Assembly (NCBI GenBank): GCA_044352355.1
Contig: JBILEA010000001.1
Coordinates: 1-55,215 of the forward strand
Reading direction: 5' to 3'
DNA: 55,215 nt
Source: Pontiellaceae bacterium
Lineage (GTDB): Bacteria; Verrucomicrobiota; Kiritimatiellia; Kiritimatiellales; Tichowtungiaceae
Below the pieces are notes generated by a model, which saw only the letters and a program-made list of their open reading frames with translations, did no database searches and was not told the origin of the DNA. Each line of letters opens with the position of its first letter. Position 1 is the first letter of the stretch. The position numbers and the translations under genes are program-made. Below are positions 1 through 10,895 of the stretch, in pieces.

Positions 1-49
1 CTTCGCCGCAGCCGATACAGCCCTGCGCGCGGCGAAGCAATCTCGATAA
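1..49 (+). CDS. 3' end of a CDS entering the window (possible GGDEF-like C-terminus)
   Basis: Frame from nt 2 reads FAAADTALRAAKQSR*, resembling the terminal ADxALYxAK helix of GGDEF domains; only 15 codons are visible. Confidence 0.3.
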   Translation, partial: FAAADTALRAAKQSR

Positions 50-62
50 AGATCATCAATAG

Positions 63-221
63 TTAAAAATCTTTATCCCAGAACCAGACCAGCTTTGTTT
101 CACTGTTGGCTTTTCCCGCTGCGTTACTGCCTTTTAGCCCCGGCTCTTTAATCGTCGTCCGGCTAACGCAAGAACTGCAAAGCAGAAGCACTGCGCTCAA
201 ATACAAAAGTTTTTTTAGCAT
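63..221 (-). CDS. small putative lipoprotein (52 aa)
   Basis: MLKKLLYLSAVLLLCSSC signal peptide with lipobox-like Cys; ATG at 221 preceded by GGGTGAG; lies just downstream of serA. Confidence 0.6.
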   Translation of the reverse strand: MLKKLLYLSAVLLLCSSCVSRTTIKEPGLKGSNAAGKANSETKLVWFWDKDF

Positions 222-240
222 AAGCTCACCCTTTGTTTGA

Positions 241-1818
241 CTAGAAGGAGACCGCACAAACGTTGATGGCTGCAATTTTTTCAGCCACTTTTGCCAGCAC
301 CTTCTCGGGGACCGGCTGACTTACCTTGAGGACCGCGATGGATTTCTGTCCATCCCGGTTATGCGGATTACGCACATCGTCAATATTGATATTTTCTTTA
401 GCCATAGCCCCGGCGATTTCGCTAAGCACTCCCGGACGGTCCATATAGGTAAAGAGCGCAATATGCCCCTTCGGCTCAAAGTAAAGCCGATCAAAATCAC
501 CGATACGCGAAACCATCATGCGACCTTCCGCCAATGTACCGCGCACGCTGATGCGACGCAATTCGCCGGCACCAATGCTTGCCATGAGGTCAATGGTGAT
601 CGAATTACCGTAGCCCTTGCTTTGATCGGCTTCACGAGTGGAATACTCCACGCCCATATCCTTAAGGAACGCAACGGCAGCTTTCGGATCCATCGAACGG
701 TCAAATTCTGCACTGAGCGCACAGACAACCGGTACGGAAAGCCATTTGGCAAAGCGTTGGAGATCGCCGTAAAAGCTGGTTTCAATTTTGCTGAGCTTGG
801 TATCACCGCCAAGGACATTCCGGCAAAGAACAGTGAGCGTGTAGGTCAATTCGGCGTAGGCTTCGTCGAGTCCCTCGGGAATGTCACGGTTGACAATATA
901 GGACGTGACGCCCTTCCCATCAAAATCAATAAGCTGTTCAGCCGAACGCTGGGCCGCATTGAAATTTGCTTCCTTCGTCGAAGCGCCGAGATGCGGTACC
1001 ATAATGTCGGCAATGTCTATGACGCTCTTCGGGCCTTCGGCATCCTTAGGATAGACATCGTTGAGAAAACGAAGCGCTTTCTCGGCCTTAAGGGCACGCA
1101 GATCGTTTTCGTTAACAACGCCGGAACGGGCGCAATTGATGAGCGTGGCGCCTTTTTTCATACTGCTCAACAGGTCCTTATTAATGAGCCCTTTAGTATG
1201 CTCATTTTCAGGAATGTGCAGGGAGACGTAATCGCTCTGCGCAAAAAGGTCTTTCAGGCTGACCAGTTTAGCACCGATACGCGCAGCGGCTTCTTCAGAA
1301 AGAACCGGATCGAAAGCGAGAATTTTACATTCGAACCCGTTGAGACGCTTGGCCACCAGCTTGCCAATCGCTCCAAGTCCGACGATACCAACGGTTTTCC
1401 CGGTCACTTCACGCCCCATAAACTTAGTCTTCTCCCACTCGCCACGGCGGGTGGATGCATCGGCGGCGATCAGGTGGCGGGCGTCAGCGAGCATGAGCGC
1501 AACGACCTCTTCGGCAACGGCATTGGCATTAGCTCCGGGGGTGTTCATCACATCGATTTTACGCTGCCGCGCATATTTCGTGTCGATCGTGTTGTACCCT
1601 GCACCGGCACGAATAACGACCTTGAGACCTGGCAGAGCATTAATCAATTCAGGCGTAACTTTTTCGCTACGAACAATAAGTGCATACGTATCAGGATGCT
1701 GCGCGGCAAGCGCCATAAGCTCAGTTTGAGCATCCTGCACAACGGTGTAACCCCCATTCGCTTCAAGAAGTTCCTTGGCAACGGCGTCGAGTTTCGTCGG
1801 AATCAGTACTTTCTTCAT
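241..1818 (-). CDS. serA: D-3-phosphoglycerate dehydrogenase (long form with ASB and ACT domains)
   Basis: RAGAGYNTID, NTPGANANAVAE, GIVGLGAIG Rossmann motif, INCARSG, PHLGAST, C-terminal DRPGVL ACT domain; ATG at 1818 after GGAGAA. Confidence 0.92.
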   Translation of the reverse strand: MKKVLIPTKLDAVAKELLEANGGYTVVQDAQTELMALAAQHPDTYALIVRSEKVTPELINALPGLKVVIRAGAGYNTIDTKYARQRKIDVMNTPGANANAVAEEVVALMLADARHLIAADASTRRGEWEKTKFMGREVTGKTVGIVGLGAIGKLVAKRLNGFECKILAFDPVLSEEAAARIGAKLVSLKDLFAQSDYVSLHIPENEHTKGLINKDLLSSMKKGATLINCARSGVVNENDLRALKAEKALRFLNDVYPKDAEGPKSVIDIADIMVPHLGASTKEANFNAAQRSAEQLIDFDGKGVTSYIVNRDIPEGLDEAYAELTYTLTVLCRNVLGGDTKLSKIETSFYGDLQRFAKWLSVPVVCALSAEFDRSMDPKAAVAFLKDMGVEYSTREADQSKGYGNSITIDLMASIGAGELRRISVRGTLAEGRMMVSRIGDFDRLYFEPKGHIALFTYMDRPGVLSEIAGAMAKENINIDDVRNPHNRDGQKSIAVLKVSQPVPEKVLAKVAEKIAAINVCAVSF

Positions 1819-1942
1819 AGTTTTCTCCACAAAATCAGGTGAATGCCCACCAAGGTAATCGGCGAACGGAGACGAATCAAGTTCAGACAGTTTTGTTTTT
1901 CGCTTCTTGACCGTTAACAGGGCGCTCTTCTATGGTGTCGGC

Positions 1943-2446
1943 ATGAAATCTGCAAAATTCCTATTGTTTCCCGTTCTGGCACTGGTTCTCTCTAGCTGTG
2001 CGGGCTACCGCGTCGGCAGCCCACTGGATAAATCAATCAGAACCGTGAGTCTGACGGTTGTTAACAAAACGAGCGAACCCTCCATTGAGGTCGCAGTGCA
2101 AAAGGCGCTGCGAGCCGAGTTGCAGATGGATGGCCGTCTTGAAGTCCGTTCCAAGGATGAGGCGGATGTTGCCCTGAGCGTGACGCTTACCGATTTCAAT
2201 TTAACTCCGCTGGCTTATGTCCGGAATCAGGGCTCACGAGCTGATGAATACCGCATGACAATTACAGCCAAAGCTGTACTTAGCGATGCTGAAACGAATG
2301 AGGTAATTTCAGAAACCCCTGTAGTATTAGGCGAATCGGATTTCCGGTATATTGCCGACACGACCTCTACAAAACGCGCCGGATTACCTAAAGCAGCAAA
2401 CGATCTGGCCCGTAAAGTGGTCAGCTCAACCGTTACCGCGTGGTGA
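1943..2446 (+). CDS. lptE: LPS assembly lipoprotein LptE family
   Basis: Lipobox LSSCAGYRVGS, VVNKTSEPSIE, ADEYRMTITA and C-terminal LARKVV...W pattern typical of LptE-family proteins. Confidence 0.75.
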   Translation: MKSAKFLLFPVLALVLSSCAGYRVGSPLDKSIRTVSLTVVNKTSEPSIEVAVQKALRAELQMDGRLEVRSKDEADVALSVTLTDFNLTPLAYVRNQGSRADEYRMTITAKAVLSDAETNEVISETPVVLGESDFRYIADTTSTKRAGLPKAANDLARKVVSSTVTAW

Positions 2447-2453
2447 AGAAGAT

Positions 2454-2552
2454 TGGAATGATGAAATAAGGGAGTGATGGATTATTGATCGCTCCGGGTT
2501 ACTCTGATCTTTAGCTCCCAGCGATCCAGCCCACCGCTCCTCCATTGCTCCA
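2454..2552. repeat. degenerate 8-bp-period repeat with inverted arms
   Basis: tggaatga-tgaaataa-gggagtga-tggattat ... cccagcga-tccagccc-accgctcc-tccattgc-tcca. Confidence 0.55.
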
Positions 2553-2587
2553 AAAAAAACCGCTCTGTTTTCACAGGGCGGTTTTTT
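2552..2587. terminator. bidirectional rho-independent terminator between convergent lptE and rpsT
   Basis: aaaaaaaaccgctctgt-tttc-acagggcggtttttt hairpin with A and T tracts on either side. Confidence 0.8.
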
Positions 2588-2647
2588 ATTGCCGAAGCGA
2601 GCTTCGGCATAGAAAGCGCAGACAAGCCTGCGCAATCCATAGGAGGC

Positions 2648-2914
2648 TTATTTCGCCAGCTTACGCAGAGCGGCAAGCGCTCTCTTTTTGCGGCGAATAG
2701 CGGTGTTTTTCTTGATTACGCCGCGTTTTACGGCTTTATCAAGCACCGAGCTGTACTCGCGCACAGCTGCATCAGACGTTTCAACAACGCCTAACGCCAA
2801 CACTTCACGCGTTTTACGGCGGACAGATTTGACTTTCGTCTTTACCGTCGTGTTGCCGACACGCTGTTTTTCGGACGAGCGCATCCTTTTTTTTGCACTT
2901 TTAATATTCGGCAT
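2648..2914 (-). CDS. rpsT: 30S ribosomal protein S20
   Basis: MPNIKSAKKRMR...LDKAVKRGVIKKNTAIRRK. Confidence 0.97.
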   Translation of the reverse strand: MPNIKSAKKRMRSSEKQRVGNTTVKTKVKSVRRKTREVLALGVVETSDAAVREYSSVLDKAVKRGVIKKNTAIRRKKRALAALRKLAK

Positions 2915-3149
2915 TTTTGAACCTCGGTTTTACTGGGTCATCGCTACTGGGTGGGCGGCTGTCGCGCATGGCACGCGAACGGGCACGAGCCTGTTTTTTG
3001 CGGCGTTTGTCGCCTGGTTTTTCGAAGCGACGGCGTTCGCGCATATCTTTCAGAATTCCTTCGCGGTCGAGCAGTTTTTTCAAACGGCGGAGCCCTTTTT
3101 CGACAGGTTCACCACGACGGAGTTTTACTTCACAAGTTGTACTGGCCAT
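2901..3149 (-). CDS. rpsU: 30S ribosomal protein S21
   Basis: EVKLRRGEPVEKGLRRLKK...EGILKDMRERRRFEKP; overlaps the rpsT start. Confidence 0.93.
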   Translation of the reverse strand: MASTTCEVKLRRGEPVEKGLRRLKKLLDREGILKDMRERRRFEKPGDKRRKKQARARSRAMRDSRPPSSDDPVKPRFKNAEY

Positions 3150-3249
3150 AATTTTTAACACCCCCTTAAGCGGGTAGAATTTTCACAAAGGCGGAGAAGT
3201 TAGGTGATGAAGGTTGTTTTGTCAACCGATTATCCGGGGAAAGGGCCCG

Positions 3250-3471
3250 TCACTCTCTGTGACGGAAGGAGATGCGTCCCTTGGTCAGATCATAGGGCGA
3301 AATTTCGACGGTCACCCGGTCGCCGATTGCAATACGGATGAAATTTTTGCGCATTTTCCCGGAAATATGAGCCAGGATGCGGTGTCCGTTTACCAGCTTC
3401 ACGTTGTACATCGTGGCGGGCAGAACCTTTTCCACAACACCTTCAAGTTCAATTACTTCATCTTTGGCCAT
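3250..3471 (-). CDS. infA: translation initiation factor IF-1
   Basis: [11 protein letters not shown]...[14 protein letters not shown]...[10 protein letters not shown]. Confidence 0.98.
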   Translation of the reverse strand: MAKDEVIELEGVVEKVLPATMYNVKLVNGHRILAHISGKMRKNFIRIAIGDRVTVEISPYDLTKGRISFRHRE

Positions 3472-3635
3472 GCATTCTCCCGTGCGGTTTCATTTTTGTC
3501 GCGCCGATGCTACACGTGCACCCCGCCATTGCAAGAAGGCATTTGAAAAGAGTTTATGCGAAAACTTGAGTGCACGCCCTCCACAGGGCATATTTGCGCG
3601 CTTCAAACCCCATCATTTTGAAAGAGGATGTATTT

Positions 3636-5288
3636 ATGAACGCATTAAAAAAATCGCAGATTTTCAACGGACCGCAAGGTCCGGTGGTATTGGTCATCAT
3701 GGACGGCGTCGGCCTTGGTAAATACGAAGAAGGCGACCTGGTCCGCTCCTCCAACACGCCTCAGCTCGACTGGCTAACCAAAAATGCAATTGCAACTCAG
3801 CTTCAGGCGCATGGGACAGCCGTCGGCCTGCCGAGCGACGAAGATATGGGCAATAGCGAAGTCGGCCATAACGCCATCGGTTGCGGACGCGTATTCCATC
3901 AAGGCGCGGCGCTCGTTAGCGAAGCCATTGCCTCCGGCGCCATGTTTACCGAACCAACCTGGAAAGGGCTGATCGCCAACGTCAAAGCAAACAACTCAAC
4001 GATCCATTTTATCGGGCTTCTTTCCGACGGCAACGTTCACAGCCACATGGACCACCTCAAGGCCATGCTCAAGCAAGCCAAAACCGATGGCGTAAAGACC
4101 GCGCGCATTCATCCGCTCATTGACGGCCGCGATGTACCGCCGACTTCCGCACTCGAATATGTGAAACCGTTCGAAATCTTTTTAACAGAACTCAACGCCG
4201 ACGGAACCGTGGACTACGCCATCGCCTCCGGCGGCGGGCGCATGAATATCACCATGGATCGCTACAATGCCAACTGGGACATGGTCAAGCGCGGATGGGA
4301 CACGCATGTGAAAGGCGAAGGCCGCCTGTTTAACTCCATGACGCAGGCGATTGAAACCTTCCGTGCCGAAAAGCCCGGCATTCTCGATCAGGACTTGCCG
4401 CCGTTCGTGATTGAACGCAACGGCAAAGCCATCGGTAAAATCGTAGATGGCGACAGCGTGGTTTTCTTTAATTTCCGCGGCGACCGCGCGCTTGAAATGA
4501 CCAAAGCGTTCGAAGCGGATGATCTCAAGGAATTCGCCCGCGGACCGAAACCGAAAGTGAAATATGCCGGCATGATGCAATATGACGGAGATCTCGGCAT
4601 CCCGCGCAGCTATCTGGTCACGCCGCCGGCCATCAACCGCACCATGGGCGAATATCTCGCCGCATCCGGTGTTCATCAGCTTGCCATCAGCGAAACACAG
4701 AAATACGGCCACGTCACGTATTTCTTCAACGGCAACCGAGCCGATAAATTTAACGAAGCGCTTGAAGACTACATTGAAATCAAATCCGATGTCTGCCCGT
4801 TTGAAGACGCCCCGCGTATGAAGGCCGCTGAAATCACCGACGCCGTGATCAAAGCGATTGAAAGCGGGAAATACCAATTCATCCGCCTCAACTATCCCAA
4901 CGGTGATATGGTCGGCCACACGGGCGTCTTTTCTGCCGTAAAAATTGCCGTCGAATCCGTCGATGAGTGTCTTGGGAAACTTAAAACAGCTGTCGAAAAA
5001 GCCAAAGGCATCATGGTTGTCAGCGCCGACCATGGCAATGCCGATGATATGTATGAGCACGATAAGACGGGCGCCGTAAAGCGAAACAAAAACGGCCAGC
5101 CACAGGCCAAAACAGCTCACTCGCTCAATCCGGTCCCGGCCATCGTCTACGATCCGTCCGGCACATCCAAAGCCCGGCTATCGGCAGTAAAAGGTCTAGG
5201 TATCAGCAGCCTCGCCGGCACCTGCCTGAAACTACTCGGTTACGAGCCTCCAGCCGATTATACCCCCTCCATCGTTGACGTTGGCTAA
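3636..5288 (+). CDS. gpmI: 2,3-bisphosphoglycerate-independent phosphoglycerate mutase
   Basis: IMDGVG, MGNSEVGH phosphoserine motif, LSDGNVHSH, DGRDVPP, NFRGDRA, NGDMVGHTG, SADHGNAD; GAGGA RBS before ATG 3636. Confidence 0.96.
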   Translation: MNALKKSQIFNGPQGPVVLVIMDGVGLGKYEEGDLVRSSNTPQLDWLTKNAIATQLQAHGTAVGLPSDEDMGNSEVGHNAIGCGRVFHQGAALVSEAIASGAMFTEPTWKGLIANVKANNSTIHFIGLLSDGNVHSHMDHLKAMLKQAKTDGVKTARIHPLIDGRDVPPTSALEYVKPFEIFLTELNADGTVDYAIASGGGRMNITMDRYNANWDMVKRGWDTHVKGEGRLFNSMTQAIETFRAEKPGILDQDLPPFVIERNGKAIGKIVDGDSVVFFNFRGDRALEMTKAFEADDLKEFARGPKPKVKYAGMMQYDGDLGIPRSYLVTPPAINRTMGEYLAASGVHQLAISETQKYGHVTYFFNGNRADKFNEALEDYIEIKSDVCPFEDAPRMKAAEITDAVIKAIESGKYQFIRLNYPNGDMVGHTGVFSAVKIAVESVDECLGKLKTAVEKAKGIMVVSADHGNADDMYEHDKTGAVKRNKNGQPQAKTAHSLNPVPAIVYDPSGTSKARLSAVKGLGISSLAGTCLKLLGYEPPADYTPSIVDVG

Positions 5289-5359
5289 AGGTTTCCAGTC
5301 TTTGAAAAACGGGAGCTTCCCGCTCGACGGAGGGTTGACTAAAAAGGTAATTTGCCCAT

Positions 5360-8300
5360 ATGCATACGTATTTCTCTAAAGTCGTTTCGCCGCTGCTTGT
5401 CTCTTTTTTCTTTTATACATTTTCAGCACAAGCAATTGATCTGACGCCAAAGGAAAAGGAGTGGCTGAATGAGCATGGAGGGGTCATTCGTTTCGCCAGC
5501 GAACAGAATTACCCGCCTTTTGAGTTTACCGGCGAAAACAATGAATCGCTGGGCATGTCCGTTGAGCTCGGCAGATGGCTGGCAAAGGAGATGGGGGGTA
5601 AGTCCCAATTTTTTCATATGCCATTCAAGGAGGCTCAGGAGTCGGTGCTGTCTGGGCAGTATGATGTTATCGCTGGCTTATCATACAGTAAGGAGCGAAC
5701 TCAGGCCTTCGGATTTACGCCGGTCATATTTCAAATCCCCGCCTCTCTTTTTGTTCAGGTCGCCTGCGACGACATTGAAACGATCAACGATCTGAAGGGC
5801 AAAACGGTTGCCGTGCCTGAGACTCATTATGCAGAAACGTTTATCCGCCAAAAGGAAATAAACTGCAACTTACTACTGACTCCAAGCTATAAGGAGGCTG
5901 TCGAAGCCGTGGCATCAGGAAAAGCCGATGCCCTCGTCGGAGACGAACAGGTTGTTTTCTATTATCTCTACCAAAACGATTGGACAGAACTGGTAAAAAA
6001 GACAGGCCGCTCATTATACACCGGACAATATTGCATGGCGGTGGCCGCAACCAATCAAACCCTGCTCTCCATCCTGACAAAAGCCATCGAACAAGCCCGC
6101 GTTTCCGGTGTCATTGGAAAGGTTGAGCAGGAGGGGTCTGGATTAGAATACACATCACTTGGGTTCCAGATTTTCCGATATATCCGCTACGTTATCATCG
6201 GTGTAGGAATCCTATTGGCCGCAGTACTACTATTTTGGATTTGGGATATCAGATTATCGCGCCGCGTGCTGGCAAAAACCGAACAGTTGCGCAATAGTGA
6301 AGAGCGCCTTCTCACCATCTTCCAAAACTCCCCCGATGCACTTTTTATTGAAGATCAACACGGGCTCATACTGGATGCCAATCCCGTAGCCTGCGCCTTC
6401 CATAACCTGAGCCATAGTGAATTAATCGGTAAAAATGCATTCGACCTGATCCCTGCCAGTCGCCGGGAAGAAGCAAAATTTGATTTTCACAAGTGGTTCA
6501 ATGGGGAACTGAAACGCCACGAAAGCCTTTCTCACGCCGGCGACGGTCGCGAAGTCCCCGTCGAGATTATTGGTTCACCATTACGTTTTGAGGGCAAAAA
6601 CGCCATACTGCTACTAATGCGGGATATGACCGAGCGTAAACAAGCCGAACAATCACTCAAAGAAAGCGAAATGCGCTACCGCGGACTGATTGAAGCGCAA
6701 AGTAATTTTATCGTCCGTTTTGATGTAAACGGCGTTTACACCTTCGTCAATGAAGCCTTCTGCCGGTTTTTAGGCCGCGCACGCGGCGAACTGATCGGGC
6801 TGGACTGCCGCTCCCACGTTTATCATGACGACATCTCCATTCCGAATAAAACCATTGAGACCCTTGTATCCCGTCGTGAACGGGTCGTATCAATGGAATG
6901 CCGTATGCGCTCCCGAACCCATATTGCCTGGGTGCAATGGGAGAATATCGCCGTATTCGACGAAGCCGGACGGGTAATCGAAATACAAAGCGTGGGACAC
7001 GATATCACGGAACGTCGCCGGATTTATGAAGCACTGCAGGAAAGTGAAAAACGTCTCCGGTTTCTGTTTGAAGAAATTCCTCACATCGCCGTGCAAGGAT
7101 ACAACGCCGCCCGCGAAGTCATTTTCTGGAACCGCGCCAGCGAAGGTCTGTATAACTATTCAAAAAATGATGCGCTCGGTAATAAAATAGAAACCCTCGT
7201 GATAGCAGAAGATCAGCGAGAAGATATAGTAAAAGCTTTCGATGCATGGGTCAAAAACGGTTCGCTCATTCCATCCGGCGAGATGTTGAAGAAGACGTCG
7301 GACGGACGCTCTGTATCAGTTTACTCCAATTGTCTCGCCACACGAAACCAGCGCGGTGAATGGGAAATATACGTCGTCGACGTTGACCTGTCCGAACTTA
7401 AACGCGCCAGCGAGGAACTGGTCAAGGCCAAAGAATACGCAGAGAGAGCCAGTCGCGCCAAGAGTGAGTTTCTTGCCAACATGAGTCACGAAATCCGCAC
7501 CCCGATGAACGGCGTCATGGGAATGACCGGACTGCTGCTCGAAACCGAATTAACAGCCGAACAACGCGACAATATTCAAACGATTATGGAATCCACACAA
7601 GAACTCATGCGCATTATTGATGAGTTGCTGGATATCTCACGCATTGAAGCCGGCGAAGTACGCTTATACCCTGAGCCGTTTAATCCGCGTGAAACCACAG
7701 AAAAAGTAGTACTTCTTTTCGCCGATCGCGCCGGACGCAAAGGCGTAGATCTTTCCATTGCCATTCATGAAAGCGTTCCAAAACAGCTATTCGGCGATTC
7801 GGGGCGCGTCCGGCAAGTCCTGATCAATCTCGTAGGAAACGCTCTCAAGTTCACCCATAACGGACACATCCAAATCCGAATGCAGGCAGAACCGGTTGAA
7901 AATGGCTGGAATTTAATTGCCGATATTAAAGACACCGGCATCGGCATGACCCCCGAGCTGCAAGAACGTATCTTCGAAAAATTTACACAAGGAGACACCT
8001 CCTCCAAACGTCAATACGGTGGCACGGGGCTTGGACTCGCTATCACTCGCCAATTAGTTCGCTTAATGGGCGGTGAAATTACCGTCGTTAGTGAAGTGGA
8101 CAAAGGAACGACCTTCCAGTTCAACCTGAAAATGGGTCGCGTTGACCTCGCCGAGCCGGTTGCACCCCCGCCGGCTGTAATAACGGACGAAACAAAAATA
8201 ATTGATGCCGACATCCTGCTGGTTGAAGATAATCTGGTGAACCAGAAAGTGGCAACCGCCATGCTCAAAAAGCTGGGGTGCAACGTCATCGTGGTCCCCA

Positions 8301-8569
8301 ATGGCGCAAGGGCACTCGAACAAATTGCCCTGCGTACATTCGATCTCATCTTTATGGACTGTCAAATGCCCATTATGGATGGTTTTGAAGCCACCCGCGC
8401 CATCCGCCAGATGGTTGGTGCCATTCACGATATTCCGATTGTTGCCATGACCGCGCATGCCCTAAAAGAAGACCGCCAACGTTGCTTGGATGTCGGTATG
8501 AATGATTATCTGGCCAAACCCGTTCACCGTGAAGCACTCATCAATATATTGAAAAAGTATTGCGGCTAG
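5360..8569 (+). CDS. hybrid sensor histidine kinase/response regulator (periplasmic SBP_bac_3, three PAS, HisKA, HATPase, REC)
   Basis: NYPPFEF SBP motif, TM helix, three PAS-like repeats, [16 protein letters not shown]-box, [25 protein letters not shown], receiver LVEDN/FMDCQMP/AKP. Confidence 0.93.
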   Translation: MHTYFSKVVSPLLVSFFFYTFSAQAIDLTPKEKEWLNEHGGVIRFASEQNYPPFEFTGENNESLGMSVELGRWLAKEMGGKSQFFHMPFKEAQESVLSGQYDVIAGLSYSKERTQAFGFTPVIFQIPASLFVQVACDDIETINDLKGKTVAVPETHYAETFIRQKEINCNLLLTPSYKEAVEAVASGKADALVGDEQVVFYYLYQNDWTELVKKTGRSLYTGQYCMAVAATNQTLLSILTKAIEQARVSGVIGKVEQEGSGLEYTSLGFQIFRYIRYVIIGVGILLAAVLLFWIWDIRLSRRVLAKTEQLRNSEERLLTIFQNSPDALFIEDQHGLILDANPVACAFHNLSHSELIGKNAFDLIPASRREEAKFDFHKWFNGELKRHESLSHAGDGREVPVEIIGSPLRFEGKNAILLLMRDMTERKQAEQSLKESEMRYRGLIEAQSNFIVRFDVNGVYTFVNEAFCRFLGRARGELIGLDCRSHVYHDDISIPNKTIETLVSRRERVVSMECRMRSRTHIAWVQWENIAVFDEAGRVIEIQSVGHDITERRRIYEALQESEKRLRFLFEEIPHIAVQGYNAAREVIFWNRASEGLYNYSKNDALGNKIETLVIAEDQREDIVKAFDAWVKNGSLIPSGEMLKKTSDGRSVSVYSNCLATRNQRGEWEIYVVDVDLSELKRASEELVKAKEYAERASRAKSEFLANMSHEIRTPMNGVMGMTGLLLETELTAEQRDNIQTIMESTQELMRIIDELLDISRIEAGEVRLYPEPFNPRETTEKVVLLFADRAGRKGVDLSIAIHESVPKQLFGDSGRVRQVLINLVGNALKFTHNGHIQIRMQAEPVENGWNLIADIKDTGIGMTPELQERIFEKFTQGDTSSKRQYGGTGLGLAITRQLVRLMGGEITVVSEVDKGTTFQFNLKMGRVDLAEPVAPPPAVITDETKIIDADILLVEDNLVNQKVATAMLKKLGCNVIVVPNGARALEQIALRTFDLIFMDCQMPIMDGFEATRAIRQMVGAIHDIPIVAMTAHALKEDRQRCLDVGMNDYLAKPVHREALINILKKYCG

Positions 8570-8573
8570 GCGC

Positions 8574-8601
8574 TTGATATTCTGAAAAGGCTCCGTATAT
8601 T
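8574..8601 (+). promoter_or_regulatory. sigma70-like promoter for tRNA-Ser
   Basis: TTGATA-16 nt-TATATT, 12 nt upstream of the tRNA. Confidence 0.55.
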
Positions 8602-8613
8602 TCCCACTCGCTC

Positions 8614-8701
8614 GGAGAGGTGGCAGAGTGGTTTAATGCGCCGGTCTTGAAAACCGGAGAGCCGCAAGGTTCCGGGGGTTCGAATCCCTCCCTCTCCGCC
8701 A
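8614..8701 (+). tRNA. tRNA-Ser (anticodon TGA)
   Basis: GGAGAGG/CCTCTCC acceptor stem, CCGGT-CTTGAAA-ACCGG anticodon arm, long variable arm, GGTTCGAATCC T-arm, encoded CCA. Confidence 0.97.
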
Positions 8702-8803
8702 CTTTGCGACGCTTCCCAAAAAGACGGGATCAAGGAAAATGGCAAATCCGCCAAGGTCACCATCGCACTAGCCAGCACGATTCCGCTTTGCTAGATTCCA
8801 ACT

Positions 8804-9970
8804 ATGAATACGATTTTTGATTCATCCTTTCTCCTCGCAACAGGGCTCCTGCTTACCGGATGTATCAGTCTGAAGGCCACAGCCTCACCGTCCACGTACC
8901 GCGTCTATTTTGGAACGTCGACCAAGCAGGAAGGCCTTAGCGGAATCTATATGTCGCTACTCAATACGCAGACCGGCCAGCTGAGCGCCGCCGTTCGCGT
9001 CAGTGAGACCATCAAATCCGGATTTATAACGATCCATCCCGACGGGGTTCATCTTTATTCTTCCAGTGAGGAAGCCCCTATCGCCGGCGAAAATACAGGT
9101 ACCGTCAGTGCCTTCCGCATATCGGAACCCAACGGAGCATTACTCAACATCAGTACCCTGCCCTCTGAAGGCGCCGGCCCCTGCCACGTCTCAATTGACC
9201 CGTCAGGAAAAAATCTACTCGTGGCTAATTACACCGGCGCAAGCTGCGCTGTATTGCCCATTTTGCCTGACGGCTCATTAGCCCCTGCGACCTCAATCCA
9301 AAGACACACCGGATCAAGTATTCACCCAAAACGGCAAACCAAGGCCTACACCCATTCCATCAACTGTGATCCGGCGGGACAATTCACCATGGTTGCCGAT
9401 TTAGGTACCGATAAAATCATGATCTACCGCTTCGATGCCACAAAAGGTTCACTCACTCCGAATGATCCGCCCTTTGTAAAAACCGAACCCGGCGGCGGAC
9501 CGCGCCACCTCACCTTCCATCCGTCCGGCCAATTTGCTTACGTCAATTTTGAACTCAGCAATAAGGTGACGGTTTTTCAATACGACGCAAACAAGGGGGT
9601 TCTGACCGGCATCCAAACTGTATCGACACTCCCCGCCGGGTTTTCCGGCGAAAATACCACGTCTGAAATTCAAACCACACCCGACGGGCGTTTTCTATAC
9701 GTTGCAAATCGCGGCCATAACAGTCTGGCTGTTTTTGCCATCGACCCCGTCACCGGCCAACTCACCTCACTCGGCCACGAGCCGACCCGCGGAGACATCC
9801 CGCGCCATTTCCGTATTGATCCTGCCGGAAACTATCTAATTACCGTCAATGCAAAATCCGGCAATGCCGTGGTCTTCAAAATCAACCGCGCAACCGGCCA
9901 ACTCGAATTTACTGGAAGCCAAATTCAGCTTCCCAGCCCCAGTTGCGTGCAGTTTCTGGCCATCCCTTAG
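8804..9970 (+). CDS. pgl: 6-phosphogluconolactonase-like beta-propeller lactonase (exported)
   Basis: [45 protein letters not shown] motifs; N-terminal signal. Confidence 0.85.
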   Translation: MNTIFDSSFLLATGLLLTGCISLKATASPSTYRVYFGTSTKQEGLSGIYMSLLNTQTGQLSAAVRVSETIKSGFITIHPDGVHLYSSSEEAPIAGENTGTVSAFRISEPNGALLNISTLPSEGAGPCHVSIDPSGKNLLVANYTGASCAVLPILPDGSLAPATSIQRHTGSSIHPKRQTKAYTHSINCDPAGQFTMVADLGTDKIMIYRFDATKGSLTPNDPPFVKTEPGGGPRHLTFHPSGQFAYVNFELSNKVTVFQYDANKGVLTGIQTVSTLPAGFSGENTTSEIQTTPDGRFLYVANRGHNSLAVFAIDPVTGQLTSLGHEPTRGDIPRHFRIDPAGNYLITVNAKSGNAVVFKINRATGQLEFTGSQIQLPSPSCVQFLAIP

Positions 9971-9975
9971 CCGGA

Positions 9976-10857
9976 TCACTTCATCGCCATTACTAACCCC
10001 GACCACTCGTTATCGCCGTCGCGCACAATTTCTCGTCCGCCCAGCCGGACAAACGTATCAGCCACCCCGTCGAGTTCGACTTCGCGAATACCGGTCAGTA
10101 GCAGATATTTTCCCGCTACGCGCAAAAGCGTCGCCGCATTATCGATCAGCAGCGAGGCATAAATGTTAGCGCAGACGATGTCATATTTTTCATCCGGCCA
10201 TCCATTGGTGATATCATGCTGACGAAACGAGGTCTGTTTCGTAACGCCGTTGGCCTCCGCATTCTCAGCCGAACATCCGACACAGATCGGGTCAAAATCA
10301 ACGCCCAGCGCCTTTTCGACGCCCAGCTTGACGGCAGCAATCGCCAGAACGCCCGACCCGGTACCCACATCGAGCATCGTCTTCGCGCCGCTTTGCGGAA
10401 CAAAACGGTCGAGCTGTTCGAGACAAAAGCGCGTCGTAAAATGATTACCCGTGCCAAAACTCAACCCCGGATTAATCACAATCTCAATCCGTCTGCCGCC
10501 CTCTGTCTTCTGTCCTCCGCCCTCCGGCCCCGCCATCCACGGCGGAACAACACGAAGCTTCTGTCCAATATCCATTGGTTTAAAATGTTTCTTCCAGCTT
10601 TCCGCCCACTCTTCGGCGGCATACTCACGGACCGCACAGCCTTTGACCGGAAAATGCGCCATCGCCCGTGCGGCGAGCTCTGCCTCAATCGTGCTGTCAA
10701 AATAGATTTCGAGCGCGCATTCAACGCCGCCGGGCTTTTTCAGCTCAACAACGGTTCTTTCAAGATTTTCCGCCACCCAATCACTGATCATCTCCGCCGC
10801 ACTCTGCGCCGTCATAAGTGTCAAAATAGCTCCACCATCCGGTTTTTCTGTTTTCAT
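9976..10857 (-). CDS. prmA: ribosomal protein L11 methyltransferase
   Basis: WAESWKKHFKP, VVPPW, INPGLSFGTGNHFTT, LDVGTGSGVLAIAA, DIVCANI. Confidence 0.92.
   Translation of the reverse strand: MKTEKPDGGAILTLMTAQSAAEMISDWVAENLERTVVELKKPGGVECALEIYFDSTIEAELAARAMAHFPVKGCAVREYAAEEWAESWKKHFKPMDIGQKLRVVPPWMAGPEGGGQKTEGGRRIEIVINPGLSFGTGNHFTTRFCLEQLDRFVPQSGAKTMLDVGTGSGVLAIAAVKLGVEKALGVDFDPICVGCSAENAEANGVTKQTSFRQHDITNGWPDEKYDIVCANIYASLLIDNAATLLRVAGKYLLLTGIREVELDGVADTFVRLGGREIVRDGDNEWSGLVMAMK
10488..10529. repeat. in-frame 7-bp-period repeat inside prmA
   Basis: tccgtct-gccgccc-tctgtct-tctgtcc-tccgccc-tccggcc, encoding GPEGGGQKTEGGRR. Confidence 0.7.
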
Positions 10858-10895
10858 GTGGAGGTTTTTAACAGAACGGCAGAAAGAACGAACCA

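Noticed and set aside
361-1842. 493-aa plus-strand ORF
   Set aside because: Antisense shadow of serA with no recognisable motifs.
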